Shown: positions 15,601 through 28,777 of the stretch, piece by piece
Layout: each line of letters opens with the position of its first letter
Numbering within the stretch: the first letter of the stretch is position 1
Assembly (NCBI GenBank): GCA_000004695.1
Contig: CM000154.2
Span: 2,752,001 to 2,816,000 of the forward strand
Direction: 5' to 3'
DNA from: Dictyostelium discoideum
Taxonomy: Eukaryota
Length of the DNA stretch: 64,000 nucleotides
The notes under the pieces: generated by a model
What the model was told of the DNA's origin: nothing
Databases searched by the model: none
The model's input: the letters and a program-made list of their open reading frames with translations, nothing else
Program-made: the position numbers and the translations under genes

Positions 15601-15924
15601 GATATTATCAACAATAGATTAACACTTGAAAATCTATATAACAAAACAATCAGCTGTATTGGTGACCGAAATGCTACCTATACTCTATATTCAAACTTTA
15701 GTTGCACAATTGTTCCATTCAATCAAACAGAAATTATCATAGAATGTTATAATGAAAACTCTTCAATTTTAACATTCACAGAATCTTTTGAATGTAATAT
15801 TGGTTTTTCATTGAAATATTCATTAACTATTCCACAAACTACCCCAACTGATGATGATATTAATAGAAGCAAAAGTAGTATCAATAACTCAAGTCACACC
15901 AATAATAAATCTCAAGAATTTTAA
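3696..15924 (+). CDS. Giant secreted protein (~3,900 aa) with multiple IPT/TIG-like domains, N-terminal MRH-like Cys modules, a Pro-rich segment and mucin-like Ser/Thr tracts. Proposed exons are 3696-4343, 4454-4539 (86-bp microexon), 4690-5094, 5206-5619 and 5685-15924.
   Basis: There is a signal peptide at the ATG at 3696 (MNKKFILLFIFLLFSLIKSENIII). Donors are AAG|GTAATT (4344), AA|GTACGT (4540), TT|GTATGT (5095) and TT|GTAAGT (5620). Acceptors are CTATAG| (4453), AATAG| (4689), ATTAG| (5205) and TTAG| (5684). The phases are consistent (0, 2, 2, 2) and join into the 10-kb ORF 5782-15924. IPT/TIG-like repeats recur about 12 times (ITIKGAGF, ITITGNYF, ITITGTNF, ITIEGDNF, ITIKGTNFG, ITLIGKNF, IVISGYNL). 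A Cys module of the form CNPT.DY...C....YAC occurs four times. Confidence 0.7.
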
Positions 15925-16639
15925 TTTTTCTTAAAATGCCAAACCAATCTAACAATTTATAATTAAATAAATCTATTGATAGAAATTTTTTTTATTAATT
16001 ATCTAAAATATTGGTAGATTTATGTCCCAATTAAGTCTACAGCAAAAATTTATTTCTTTGTTAATTATTTTTATTTTCAAAATTCTTTTTATTGGATATT
16101 AACAAATTATTTTACAATCCAAGTATATTTTTTTTTTTTTTTTTTTTTTTTGTATTGATTAATTACAGTTTTTCAAGAAAAGGAAAATAATAAATAATTA
16201 TAATTTTTTTTTTTTTTTAAATATTAATTTATTATATGCTGAATCTTTAAGCAATAATAGTTTTTTTTTTAGTTTATATTTTGTTTTAAAATTTATATTT
16301 ATATGAATTGAATCAACAATTACTCTATTTGGTAGTATTGTGCTTGATAAACAATAATCTTTTATAATTTGGTTTTTAATATTTTTAATTTTTTTGATGT
16401 ATTCGATTTTTTAACAAATTGGGAGGGTATCTTTTGATGATGCTAATTTATAATTTTTAACTTTATTTATATAATCCAAGGTCGCTGATTCATACCATTT
16501 TTAAGAATTATATCATTGTATAATGTTTTGGCTTGGATTTGGTTGTCGTTGTGGAGTTTGTCCTAGGTGTGCAAGTCAATCTATTTACCACTAATTTTTG
16601 CATATCTATATGTGTATTATAATTTACAATTTTAAAAAT

Positions 16640-16712
16640 GCCCAGATAGCTCAGTCGGTAGAGCGCAAGGCTTTTAACCTTGTGGTCGGGGGTTCGAGCC
16701 CCCCTTTGGGCG
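16640..16712 (+). tRNA. tRNA-Lys (anticodon UUU), 73 nt, no encoded CCA
   Basis: The sequence forms a cloverleaf. The acceptor stem GCCCAGA pairs with TTTGGGC (one G-U pair). The D-arm is GCTC-AGTCGGTA-GAGC. The anticodon stem CAAGG/CCTTG encloses the loop CTTTTAA (anticodon TTT). The T-arm is GGGGG-TTCGAGC-CCCCC, followed by a discriminator G. Confidence 0.9.
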
Positions 16713-16832
16713 AAATTTTTAAATTAATATCGTTGATCGAGGGTTCAACTCCCAGTTTAATGTAATGCCAATATTGATCATAATAAATAAAGGAACACAC
16801 AATTAATATTATATGAATGCTGTAAAGCGTGA

Positions 16833-18547
16833 ATCAAAACTAACTTTATTTTTTTTCATTTTTTTCAGTTTTTATAATTTTCGAGTTTTCGTTATTTTCG
16901 ACCTAGAAGTTTCGAACGAAAACTCTAAAATATATAAAAACTAAATAAATTAATTATTATTTTAATTATTATTGTTTAATTGTTAATCATTATTATTATT
17001 ACTATTATTAATATTATGATTATTAAAAACTTATTAATATTAAACAATGTAATTCATTACATATCCCCCTTCTTGACAAGATCGGGAAAAATGAAATGAG
17101 AATATTAATTGTGGATGATTAATTATTATATCAATTGGCTTATATTAAATTTTGATTGATTTTTTTTTTTTTTTTTTTTAATTTGATTTGATTTGATTTG
17201 ATTTGATTTGATTTGATTTGATTTGATTTGATTTGATTTGATTTGATTTTTTTTTGATTTCCAAAGATGCAGACCTTGAAAATTTCTTGAAATTGTTAAA
17301 TAACAAAACTGTCACTACGACTTGAACAACTCTATTACCTAAATTTCTTGCATGGATTCGCAACACTGAATCTAATGACTGGAACTTCAATTCACTATTA
17401 CTATCACTTCTTAACTATCTTTTACTATTTCAGGATGGACTATCATAAGCGTGAGATTTTCACTTTAACCATTACAACTATATATATAATCGACATTGTT
17501 TATACATATCAGTAAACCAAACTTTACTTTCCTCTTCTACTACTACCACTACTACTACTATTACTTCTGGACGGACTATCGTTTAGCGTGAGATTTATCA
17601 CTTCAACCATTACAACTATATATATATAATCAACATTGTTTATACATATTAGTAAACCAAACTTTATACTACTTCTACTATTACTATTATTACTACTTCT
17701 AATGAACACCACGATGGATACCAGTTCATTATGTTTGCAACTTTAAAATCATTATAATAAGATTCAACATTGAATATCTTAATACGACTACTTAAGGAGA
17801 CTTTCGCATTACTATTATTTCTACTAGTGATACGCAAACATAGACATCTATTTGCGCTCTGCAGTGATAACCGACACCGCCACTTAGTATTGTAATAAAC
17901 CTTTATATCCATGAATTCTATTAATCTATGGTGATGGTTTGCACATCATACTATCGTGGTTTTATTATAACTCTTTTGATGTATGATTTAGTTTAAATAT
18001 TGTTTACACACATTGTCAACAAGTATTAACCTAACATCTATTGCTATTTTTTTTTTTTTTTTTATGATTATTAAATTTTAAAACTATATCTTGTTTAACA
18101 ATTATTTTAAATGACATAATTTTATTTGTTTGCGAATTATGAATTCATATTCATAATTTCATCCCCTCATTAAAATTTATGACGATCAGCCAACCATTAA
18201 AACGAGCAGGTACTGATTAAATAATTATATCAAAGGATAGATAGTGATACAATTAAATAATTTGAGTAATGATGATACTTTACGAAAGAAAAAAAATAAT
18301 AATGGTAATTTTCTTTTTTTTTTTTTTTTTTAACAAGCAAATATTAACTATGATATCTATTATGTATGGGCATACTCTTAGAATAATAATGATTAACAAT
18401 TAAACAATAATAATTAAAATAATAATTAATTTATTTAGTTTTTAATATTTTAGAGTTTTCGTTCGAAACTTTTAGGTCCAAAATAACGAAAACTCGAAAA
18501 TTATAAAAACTGAAAAAAATGAAAAAAAATAAAGTTAGTTTTGATTT
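16833..18547. mobile_element. Non-autonomous element of ~1.7 kb bounded by near-perfect ~165-bp terminal inverted repeats (16833-16998 and 18381-18547), located ~120 bp downstream of tRNA-Lys. It has no intact ORF.
   Basis: The reverse complement of 18381-18547 matches 16833-16998 almost base for base (…TCAAAACTAACTTTATTTTTTTTCATTTTTTTCAGTTTTTATAATTTTCGAGTTTTCGTTATTTTCGACCTAGAAGTTTCGAACGAAAACTCTAAAATAT…). The interior holds an (ATTTG)n microsatellite, a ~130-bp direct tandem duplication (17430-17700) and a GC-richer segment. No target-site duplication is obvious. Confidence 0.45.
17180..17250. repeat. (ATTTG)n pentanucleotide microsatellite (~13 units) inside the TIR element
   Basis: Direct reading of the sequence. 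Confidence 0.9.
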
Positions 18548-18589
18548 ATTCTTATATCTTATTTTTATTAATTTAATTCCTATATTTTT

Positions 18590-19260
18590 TAAAATAATAA
18601 AAAGTTTCATTTAATATATATATATTTTTTTTTTTATAAAATTTATTATTTTTTATCTTATTTTTTAGGGATTACTTATATTTTAATAAAATATGTTGAA
18701 TATTATAAAATTTTCCAATTTATAATTTCTTTTATTATTTTTTAAACATCTTATTTTTAAAACCTTAATTAAAAAAATTTATAACCTTCTTATATATTAT
18801 CTCATTTTTTTAGTATTTAATATAATAATAAAATATGTTAAAAATTATCTTATGTTTCAATTTTTAATATATTTTATTATTTTTTTATTATTATTATTTA
18901 TCTTATTTTTTAATATATTTTATTAAAAAATAATAAAGGTTTCATTTTTTCTAAATAATCTTATTTTTTTATATCCTATTTTCTAATAATTATTTTAATT
19001 ATTTTTAAAAAAAAAATAACCCCGAATTAAAAAAATTTAAAAATTCTAATATATTTTCTTATTTTTTAGTATTAATTAAATTTTAATAAAAAATGCTATT
19101 TTTTTTTTTATAATAAGTTTCATTTTTTTATAAATTTTATAAATATTATTTTTTTTATTTTTTTGTTATTATTAATCTTATTTTTTAATAATTTTTATTA
19201 ATTTATAAAATAGCATTACAAACTTTTATTAAAATTTAATTTAATTAATTATATTTTAAC
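18590..19260. repeat. Degenerate AT-rich tandem repeat array with recurring motifs (CTTATTTTTTA, AAGTTTCATTT, TAATAAAATATGTT)
   Basis: The same motif set recurs with a period of roughly 120-150 bp across the region. Confidence 0.3.
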
Positions 19261-19369
19261 ATTTTACTAGGTTTTTTTTTTCTGGTGAAAATAAAAAAAG
19301 ATTTAGAAAAAAGTTTGGACAAAAAAGATGTTTTAATCAAAAGTAATAATACAATTCAGAATTCGAAAC

Positions 19370-19400
<31 letters not shown>

Positions 19401-19755
19401 CTAACCCCTCTTTTAGAGACCCTGTAAAAAAAAAAAAAAAAAAAAAAACTAAAAATAAAATGAGATCTAGCATCTCAAGGAGAAGCAACTAATAATTGAG
19501 TTATCCAATTCAAAAAAAAAATATGCAAATATAAGATAATAAAAAAATGAATTGAATTTCTAATCTTAATCTAAAAAAAATACAAAATATAAACTTAATT
19601 TTTTTTCAAAAAAACCAATTTTTAGATTAAAAAATTTAAACTATAATCATTCACATTATTACAAAAAAAGTGTAAACAAATTCACATAATAATTGGAATA
19701 ATGCAAAAAACTTTTTTTTTTAATTATTAATAAAAAAAAATAAAGTACTTTATTT

Positions 19756-20199
19756 TTATAGAATCAAGGAAATAATAAAGAAGACAAAGGCAGAGAACAA
19801 AACCATTGGCTTTAAAGAGTTTGATGAGCTAGCTCCGTCAATTGGAGGATCAGCATAAACTGAAAATTCAACACCACTTATTGTGTAAGGATTACATATT
19901 CCGATGTAAGCTGTTTTAGATGTAAGAGTAGCCATACCACAACCAATTGAGGCAGATACGATATATGAAGAATTTAAAGAATTGATGTTTGGACTGACGG
20001 TAATGTATGGGAGGGCATAGTTACAAGTTGCTTCTTTTGATAAAACTGTACATTGATTAACATTGATGGAAATATCTGTATATTCAGGATTGGAGCAACT
20101 TCTACCGCAAAAGATTCTTGCATTGATATGTTGGACTGTGATAGCACTTGAAAGACCCAAAATAGAAATTAAAATTAAAAGAATTGCTAAAAATTTCAT
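19756..20199 (-). CDS. Small (147 aa) secreted Cys-containing protein with a signal peptide and a C-terminal hydrophobic GPI-anchor-like tail. It is possibly ponticulin-like.
   Basis: The protein starts MKFLAILLILISILGLSSA and ends ...SNSLKPMVLFSAFVFFIISLIL. It has 6 Cys residues. This architecture is typical of Dictyostelium GPI-anchored ponticulin-like proteins. Confidence 0.45.
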   Translation of the reverse strand: MKFLAILLILISILGLSSAITVQHINARIFCGRSCSNPEYTDISINVNQCTVLSKEATCNYALPYITVSPNINSLNSSYIVSASIGCGMATLTSKTAYIGICNPYTISGVEFSVYADPPIDGASSSNSLKPMVLFSAFVFFIISLIL

Positions 20200-21147
20200 T
20201 TTATTTTTTTTATTTGTTTTTATTAACTTATTTAAATATATTTATTTGAATTTAAAAAAAAAAAAAGAGAAAATTAAAAAAAAAATTGTAAGAAAAATAA
20301 ATAGCAAGGAAAAAAAAAAAAAAAAAAAAATAAAGAGAAAAAAAAAAGGAAAAAAAAAAAAAAAAAATTAATTTTTATTCCTATTTTTCCCTCATTTTCT
20401 GGGATTATTTTTTAAAAATTGGGAAAAAAAAAATCACATTCCAAAAAAAAACATCAAACCTAAAAAAAAAAAAGATATTTTTAATTTTTTTTTTTTTTTT
20501 CAAAAACTATTTTTTTTGGATTTTTTTTTTTATTATCCCAATTTGCGACTTTTGCTTAATTAATAATTCAAGTAATTGATTTTTTTTTTTATACCTAAAC
20601 ATTATCGTTGTAACTTTTATATTTTATTTCCTTTTTTATTTTATCTTTTAAAATTTAATTAAATTTTTTTTTTTTTTTTTTTCAAACCAATTTTGGTGCC
20701 AAAAAAAAAAAAAAAATAATCAAAAAAAATTAAATTTTTCCATACGAAAAAAAAAAAAAAAAAGGAAAAAATTAAGTTTTTCCTCTTAAAAAAATAAACT
20801 TTGTTTCAACCAATTATAGAATCATTATTATTTTAGGTTCATCAGGTACTTTGAAATCAGAAAGAGGATTTTCTTTATTTTTTAAGTTAACTTAATCAAT
20901 ACCCGCATTAGGTATGCAACGGTCGTTTCAAAAAAATTTAAAATAAATTAAAAAACATTTCAACCTTTTGGCATATCCAATAGTTTAAATTTTTATCGAT
21001 ATTTCCTTTTTGAGAATTTGGGCAACAGTGTGAAACTTTAAACCAAAATTTTAAAAAACTAAACAAATGCAGATTATATTTATTATTGATTTATTTTCAT
21101 TCAAAAGCAGTTGTATTTTTTTAGGGTAATATATAATCCTTATTCAA

Positions 21148-21188
<41 letters not shown>

Positions 21189-21420
21189 TCTTTAAAATTC
21201 CATAAATAATATTTATTTTATAATATTGAAAAAAATGTAATTATTTTTTTAAGTATTTTTATAATTTCCTAAACCATAATTTTTTATAATTTTGGCATAA
21301 AAAAAAAAAAAAAAACAATAGCATATTACAAATCCAAGTGCCACATAAAAATTTTCATTTTTTTTTTTTTTTTTTTAATTTTTTTTTTTTTCACTGTTCA
21401 ATTATAACACAAAGATTATC

Positions 21421-22944
<1,524 letters not shown>

Positions 22945-23036
22945 TTTTAAAATAATATAAAATAAAATTTAAATAAATTATTACTATTATTATATTATTA
23001 TTATTACTTTTTTTTTTTTTTTAAATTTTATTTATT

Positions 23037-23076
<40 letters not shown>

Positions 23077-23104
23077 TTGTTTAAATTTGAGGGTTTTTTT
23101 GGAT

Positions 23105-25239
23105 TTATTTTTTTTGTTTTTTTGAAGCTTGTTGTTGTTTTTGTTGTGATTTTTTAACTAATGGAGCTGGTTTCTTTGGTTGTGGTGCAACTTTAACATT
23201 ACCATTTACATCTTTACCAGATTCAACTTTATTTCTCTTTTCTAAAAGTGTTTGATTAGCAGTAGCTCTTTGTTGATTAGTTTCTTTAACTTTATTATAA
23301 ATCCATTTATCTTTCTTTCTAATCATTAACTCAGCTAATTTAGTATCTTCTTCAGCTTGTTTTTGTTTATTTAATTCATCTCTTTGTTTCTTTGTGAGAA
23401 CTGGTTTAGCAACTTGTTCTGATTCTGATTCTGATTCTGATTCTTCTTCACCATCTTCTTCTTCTTCTTCTTCTTCGCCATCTTCTTCACCATCTTCCTC
23501 TTCTTCATCATCATCATCAACTTCTGAAGATTTTCTCTTTTTACTTTGTTCTTTTCTAAGTTCTTCAGTGTAACGAGTTTCAAGATGTTCAAGATCTTCA
23601 TCATCTTCATCATCAGATTCACCATCAGAGTCAACTTGTTTACGATTATCATTATCATTATCATTATCATCATCTTGTTCAGCGTTGGTATTGATTTTGG
23701 CATCAGCAAATTCTTTTGAATTGATTAAAGCATCGAGAGCTTGTTTACGAGCTGGAATGTAAGAGTCTTCTTCATACTCTACAAATGGTGAAAGATGAGC
23801 AGGTGGGATAACACCAATGGTATATTCAGAGTATGGAAGGAGGAGTTTACTATTGACTGAATCGAAAACCCATTGTGGTTGAATGTATTCTCTAGTGTTG
23901 TGAACTTTTACGGAATTTGATCTATCGACGATTTGATGAGTGATTGATTGATTAACCTCTTTAACTTTATCACCACTACCTGGGAAAGAAACTCTACCAC
24001 CAAATGAAAGAATTACAAACTCTAACATATGACGTGGTACTTCACGAGAAATATAGAAATGGAAACCTTTAAACAATGTTGTAACATCCATAATCTTTGG
24101 AATATTATCAGATTCATTACCAACCAAATCTTCGAAATCCTTTGAAATACCACTTGAATTAACTTGTAACATATTTGTATCCTCTTCAACGATTTGTTCT
24201 TTAATTTCTTTTTCTTCTTTTGAATTGATTTTTGAGATTTTCTCCTCTAATTTCTTTAATTTTGGATCAACTGGTGTGGTGGCAGCAGCGGCAGCAGTAG
24301 TAGATTTAGATTTCTTAGTTGTGTTGTTGGTTTTAGTTTGTTGTTGTGGTTTTGATTCGAAAATATTAATTAATGAATCACATTTTCTTAATTTTGCATC
24401 ATCAATTGTTGGTGGATAAGTTAAACCGATTGAAGTGAAAAGACGATAGTTTACAAATTTCATAAGGGCTTGATAAAATTCTAAAAAGCTAATCATTACA
24501 CCATAATCTACTTCTTTCTCTTTCTTTGAGAGATAGTTGAGTGGTGTAATCCAAGTGATGGTTTCACCCATAACATCGGCTTGGTAATAGACACCCTTGA
24601 CAGAGACAAACACTTTTCTTAATGATTTACTTTGAATGATGTAATATTGGAATTCACGTGCTAATCTTTCACATGCTAAAATTTGATTTTCACGAACTTT
24701 TGCTGATGCATCCATGTTGGCGAATAAATGAATCAATGATAAACAATCATCTAAATCCTTTAATGCATCTTGGAAGGTTGGATAACGCTCTTTAATAATA
24801 TGATCCAATGTAATCATTGGTCTATTCTCCTTCAAATTCTTTAATGCTCCAAATTGTTTCTTATTAATTAATTTCTTTTCTCTATCTTTAAATACTTTTC
24901 TTGCTCTAATAATCTCCAAAACTTTTTCATTTTGTAAATACTTAATATCTTTTGAATAATAATATGTCTTATGTTTTCCTTTAAATTTCTTTTTTGGATC
25001 TCTTGGGTGAATACCTTTAAGAATACATAATTTTCTATAGTTTTTTAATAATAATAAAAATAAATTAATAAATTAATAAAAAAACCAATAAACATATTAA
25101 TTAATAAAATAATAAAATAATAAATAATTTACCTAAAAATTTTTAAAGAGATTTGTAATTTCTTAACTGCTTCATTTCTAGTGATAAACTTTAAATTTTC
25201 ACCCTTTTCTCCTTTTTTGAATTTTTTAATACCACCCAT
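23105..25239 (-). CDS. Pescadillo homolog (ribosome biogenesis, BRCT domain). It has 2 exons, 25239-25133 and 25034-23105, with a 98-bp intron.
   Basis: Exon 1 encodes MGGIKKFKKGEKGENLKFITRNEAVKKLQISLKIF and ends at the donor AG|GTAAAT. The acceptor CTATAG| precedes RKLCILKGIHPRDPKK. Conserved Pescadillo blocks are present (LDHIIKERYPTF.DAL.DLDD, RKVFVSVKGVYYQADVMGE.ITWI.P, VDYGVMISFLEFYQALMKFVNYRLF). The BRCT-like region is LFKGFHFYISREVP…YIQPQWVFDSVN, followed by an acidic C-terminus. Confidence 0.85.
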
Positions 25240-25973
25240 TTTAATTTAATATTTGGTTGTATTTTTGTGTTTTTGTAATTTTTTAAAAAAATAAATATAA
25301 AAAAAATATTAATTATCTAAATAATTATCTAAATATTTATATAAATATAAAGATGAATTACGACGACACAAAAAAAAAAAATAATAAAAAATAAAAAAAA
25401 AAAAAAGATTCGTTTTTTTTTTTATAAATTTTTTTTCGTTTTTTTGAAAAAAAAAAAGTTTTTTATTTTTTAATTTTTATTTTTTTTTATTTTTATTTTT
25501 ATTTTTATTTTTATTTTTATTTTTATTAATTTTAATTATTTCCAAATTTTATTTTTTTGGATTGATCGAGAAAAAAAAAAAAAAAAAAAAAAAGAGTTTA
25601 TTTTTAGATTTGATTAAAATGGAAAATAAAAAATATTATTTTTATTTTTATTTTATTTTATTTTTTTTTTTTATTATTTTTTTACTATTTTTGGGTCAGA
25701 TGATGTAGTTAAAGATTGACATATCTATTATGCTAACGTAAAAATTCGATTTGATGATTCATACTTTGTTCTTGGATGATCATCCATTTATGTTTTTTTT
25801 TTTTTTTTTTTTTTTTGTTGTGTTTATTTAATCTAAAAAAATAAAATAAAAAAATCAATTGGACAAGTCCCCTTATTTTTATTTATTTATTTTTTTAATT
25901 TAAATTAAATTCTTCATCTGTAATATAACGACATATAATGTGTTTCTATCTCTACATAATTCTAATACCTTGT

Positions 25974-26215
25974 CTAATTCAACACCTTAGCAATCTTTAT
26001 TGCTTCTATATAATTACACCTGAAATCATCCCAACTGATTTTATCTTTGTCTTCTTTACCATCATTTATCTCTTTTAACAGGTAATGTTCTAAATAATAT
26101 TGACATACTGCTACTAAATATACTTGTTCACCAATAAGTGCTGCATCTTGTATTAATTGTATCACTATTAAAACTTTCTTTGGGATTACTTACTCGAGTA
26201 CATTAACGTTTGCAT
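25974..26215 (-). CDS. Small 2-exon gene encoding a ~70-aa protein of unknown function (exons 26215-26194 and 26164-25974)
   Basis: Exon 1 reads ATGCAAACGTTAATGTACTCGA up to the donor GTAAGT. The acceptor TTTTAATAG precedes the rest of the ORF. The joined product is MQTLMYSMIQLIQDAALIGEQVYLVAVCQYYLEHYLLKEINDGKEDKDKISWDDFRCNYIEAIKIAKVLN. Confidence 0.3.
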
Positions 26216-26817
26216 TTGTTTTTCTAACTGTTCAATAGCGTATGAAAGAAAATAAGGAAAGTGAATTTTAAAAAAAAATTTGAATTAAAAATAAAAAAAA
26301 ATATAAAATAAAATAAAATAAAAAAATATTAAATAAAAAATAAATAAAATAAAAAATTTAATTTGATAAAAATAGAATTTCAAAATATTATTTATTTTTA
26401 ATTAAATTATTTATTTTTTTTTAATTAATTTTTTCTTATTTTGTTTAGTTCATCATTCAAGATCAGTTTCAAATCCAGTTTTTAAACTATCCTTTTGGTA
26501 TTACTATATCGTGTGATAAAATTATAAATAAATTAATATATTTTAAAAAAAAAGAAATAAATTAAAAAAACTTCAAGTGGAATTTACTATTTTTTTAAAT
26601 TACCAATAAAAATAATACCATCCCTAGTGTGTATTTTCATAGTTTTGGAATTTAATTTAAATAAATTTTTATTTTTTTTTTATTTTTTTTATTTTTTTTA
26701 TTTTTTATTTTAATTTAACTTGTTTGACTTCAAATTTAATTTTTCAATTTTTTTTTTATTTATTTTATTTTTTTTTTATTTTTTTTTTTTTTCATTTATT
26801 TTTTTTTTTTTTTTTCA

Positions 26818-27470
26818 ATGATAAACTGTTGTAGAATTGGTTCAAGGTTATTTAACACAAAAAATAAAATAATCCTTGGAACTTCTTTTAATAAATCAAT
26901 ATTAATTCCAACTATAAATAATAATAGTTATAATAATAAATTTATTTTTAATATTAAAAGAGATTATACAGTAAATAATAAAATGTCAGAAAGTGGTGCA
27001 AAAGCAGGCGCCACTGAAGAAAATGTAAGTATATAAATCTACATTTTTAATATAGATATTTTATGATATTAATATCATATTCCATTTCTTATTATTAATT
27101 ATAAAAGAATAGAATTGACCCAAAGGACACACTATTTGCAAAATTTGTTTCAGGTCAAATCCAAGTACCAAAAGTTTACGAGGATGAATATTGTATTGCA
27201 ATCAATGATATTAACCCACAAGCACCAGTACATATTTTAGTTATCCCAAAACTTGCCGTTGGTGGTGTTAGTGATGTTGCCAATGTTGATCTTGAAAAAT
27301 ACAAAGAAGCCATGGGTCATATCATGTCAAAAATTCATCATATCGCTTCTCTTAAAGGTGCTGATTCTTACAGATTGGTCATTAATGATGGTGTTTTAGG
27401 TCAACAATCTGTTAGATGGTTACATATTCATATCCTTGGTGGTAGACAAATGAATTGGCCACCAGGCTAA
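26818..27470 (+). CDS. HINT (histidine triad nucleotide-binding) protein, copy 1. Exons are 26818-27024 and 27108-27470. A possible alternative start at 26983 gives MSESGAKAG….
   Basis: The HIT signature HLHIHILGGRQMNWPPG and the block FAKFVSGQIQVPKVYEDEYCIAINDINPQAPVHILVIPK are present. The donor is AAT|GTAAGT and the acceptor is TAAAAG|. The N-terminal 55 aa (MINCCRIGSRLF…) could be a targeting extension. Confidence 0.8.
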
Positions 27471-27633
27471 TTTCAATTTTCAAAGAAAAAAATAAAAAAA
27501 AAAAAATAAAAAAAAAAAAGGAATATAAAGTATTGCCAACTGAAATGAACACAAATTAAAACCATTAATAAACATAATTTTATTTTAATAAATCACACTA
27601 ATTAAATGACTTTTGCAATTCAAAATTTACCTT

Positions 27634-28056
27634 TTATTTTTTAAGTGATATTTTAGATATTTTTAAGGATTCTCCATTTGAAATGATTTCAATCCAAATC
27701 CCATCATCTTTTTCTTTTGATTTATAATTAAAATCATCTTCTGCAAAATGCTTTAATTTATTGTAGAAACCTATATTGGAACCAACTTCATCTCTTACTA
27801 GTAGCAATAAAGAAAACTTACTATTGGAACGTGTATAATAAAAAATATATCCTTTAGATAGATCATCTTTAACGGTTTTCATTTGAGATGGATTATTTAT
27901 CATTTTTCCTATAACATCATAGTACATATGGGATCCCGTATTTTTTGCCTGCAAAGCAAGGGTTTTTTCATTATACTTAATTACAAAATCACAACCATGT
28001 ATTTTTTCGTAGGCCTTGCCTATTTTTTCTACCACCACACCATCAACTCTTGACAA
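27634..28056 (-). CDS. ORF (140 aa) of unknown function, paralogous to the degenerate copy at 31653-31952. The start is uncertain.
   Basis: It shares the motif HGCDFVIKYNEKTLALQAK with INGCDFIIYYKGKKLGLQAK in the second copy. Confidence 0.35.
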   Translation of the reverse strand: MSRVDGVVVEKIGKAYEKIHGCDFVIKYNEKTLALQAKNTGSHMYYDVIGKMINNPSQMKTVKDDLSKGYIFYYTRSNSKFSLLLLVRDEVGSNIGFYNKLKHFAEDDFNYKSKEKDDGIWIEIISNGESLKISKISLKK

Positions 28057-28234
28057 AGCAAGTGCTAAAAATCGGTAATACTTTCTTCATTTGGAAAACT
28101 TACTTCATTTGCTTTTTGTTTGCTTTTTTATATTTTCTTTAAATTGGTCCATTTGTTCAAAAAATTCTAAAATATAATCATTTTTGAAACAATATTTAAA
28201 TCTTCGTAAGAAAACCTAGTCGATATATAATATT

Positions 28235-28270
<36 letters not shown>

Positions 28271-28639
28271 TATTAATTTGACAAGTTACCTATTTTCTTC
28301 TTTATTTTTTTTTTCCATTTTTTTATTATTTGTTTTTTAATTTTTATAAAAAAAAAAAAACAGAAAGAGTGATCAGAAAAAAAAAATCAAAATATTTTTT
28401 ACGTCGTCCCCAAAAAAAAAGTCAAAAAAAATCAAATGCATTTTTTTTACAATACCCCAACAATTCCAACTTTTTTTTTTTTTTAAGCGCATTTTAATAC
28501 AAATAAATAATAAAAATAATTTAATAAAAATATATATTAATAAGTCACAACTACAAATTTAAAATGATTAATAATCTCTTATTATCTTTTGGAATTGATA
28601 AAAAACCAAAAAAACAATGGATAAATTATTATTATAATT

Positions 28640-28766
<127 letters not shown>

Positions 28767-28777
28767 TATTATTGTAT

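Noticed and set aside
17178-17912. ORFs 17178-17390, 17524-17712 and 17664-17912 inside the TIR element, considered as a possible transposase remnant
   Set aside because: They are short and low-complexity, overlap the (ATTTG)n and tandem-duplicated segments, and contain no DDE or other catalytic motif.
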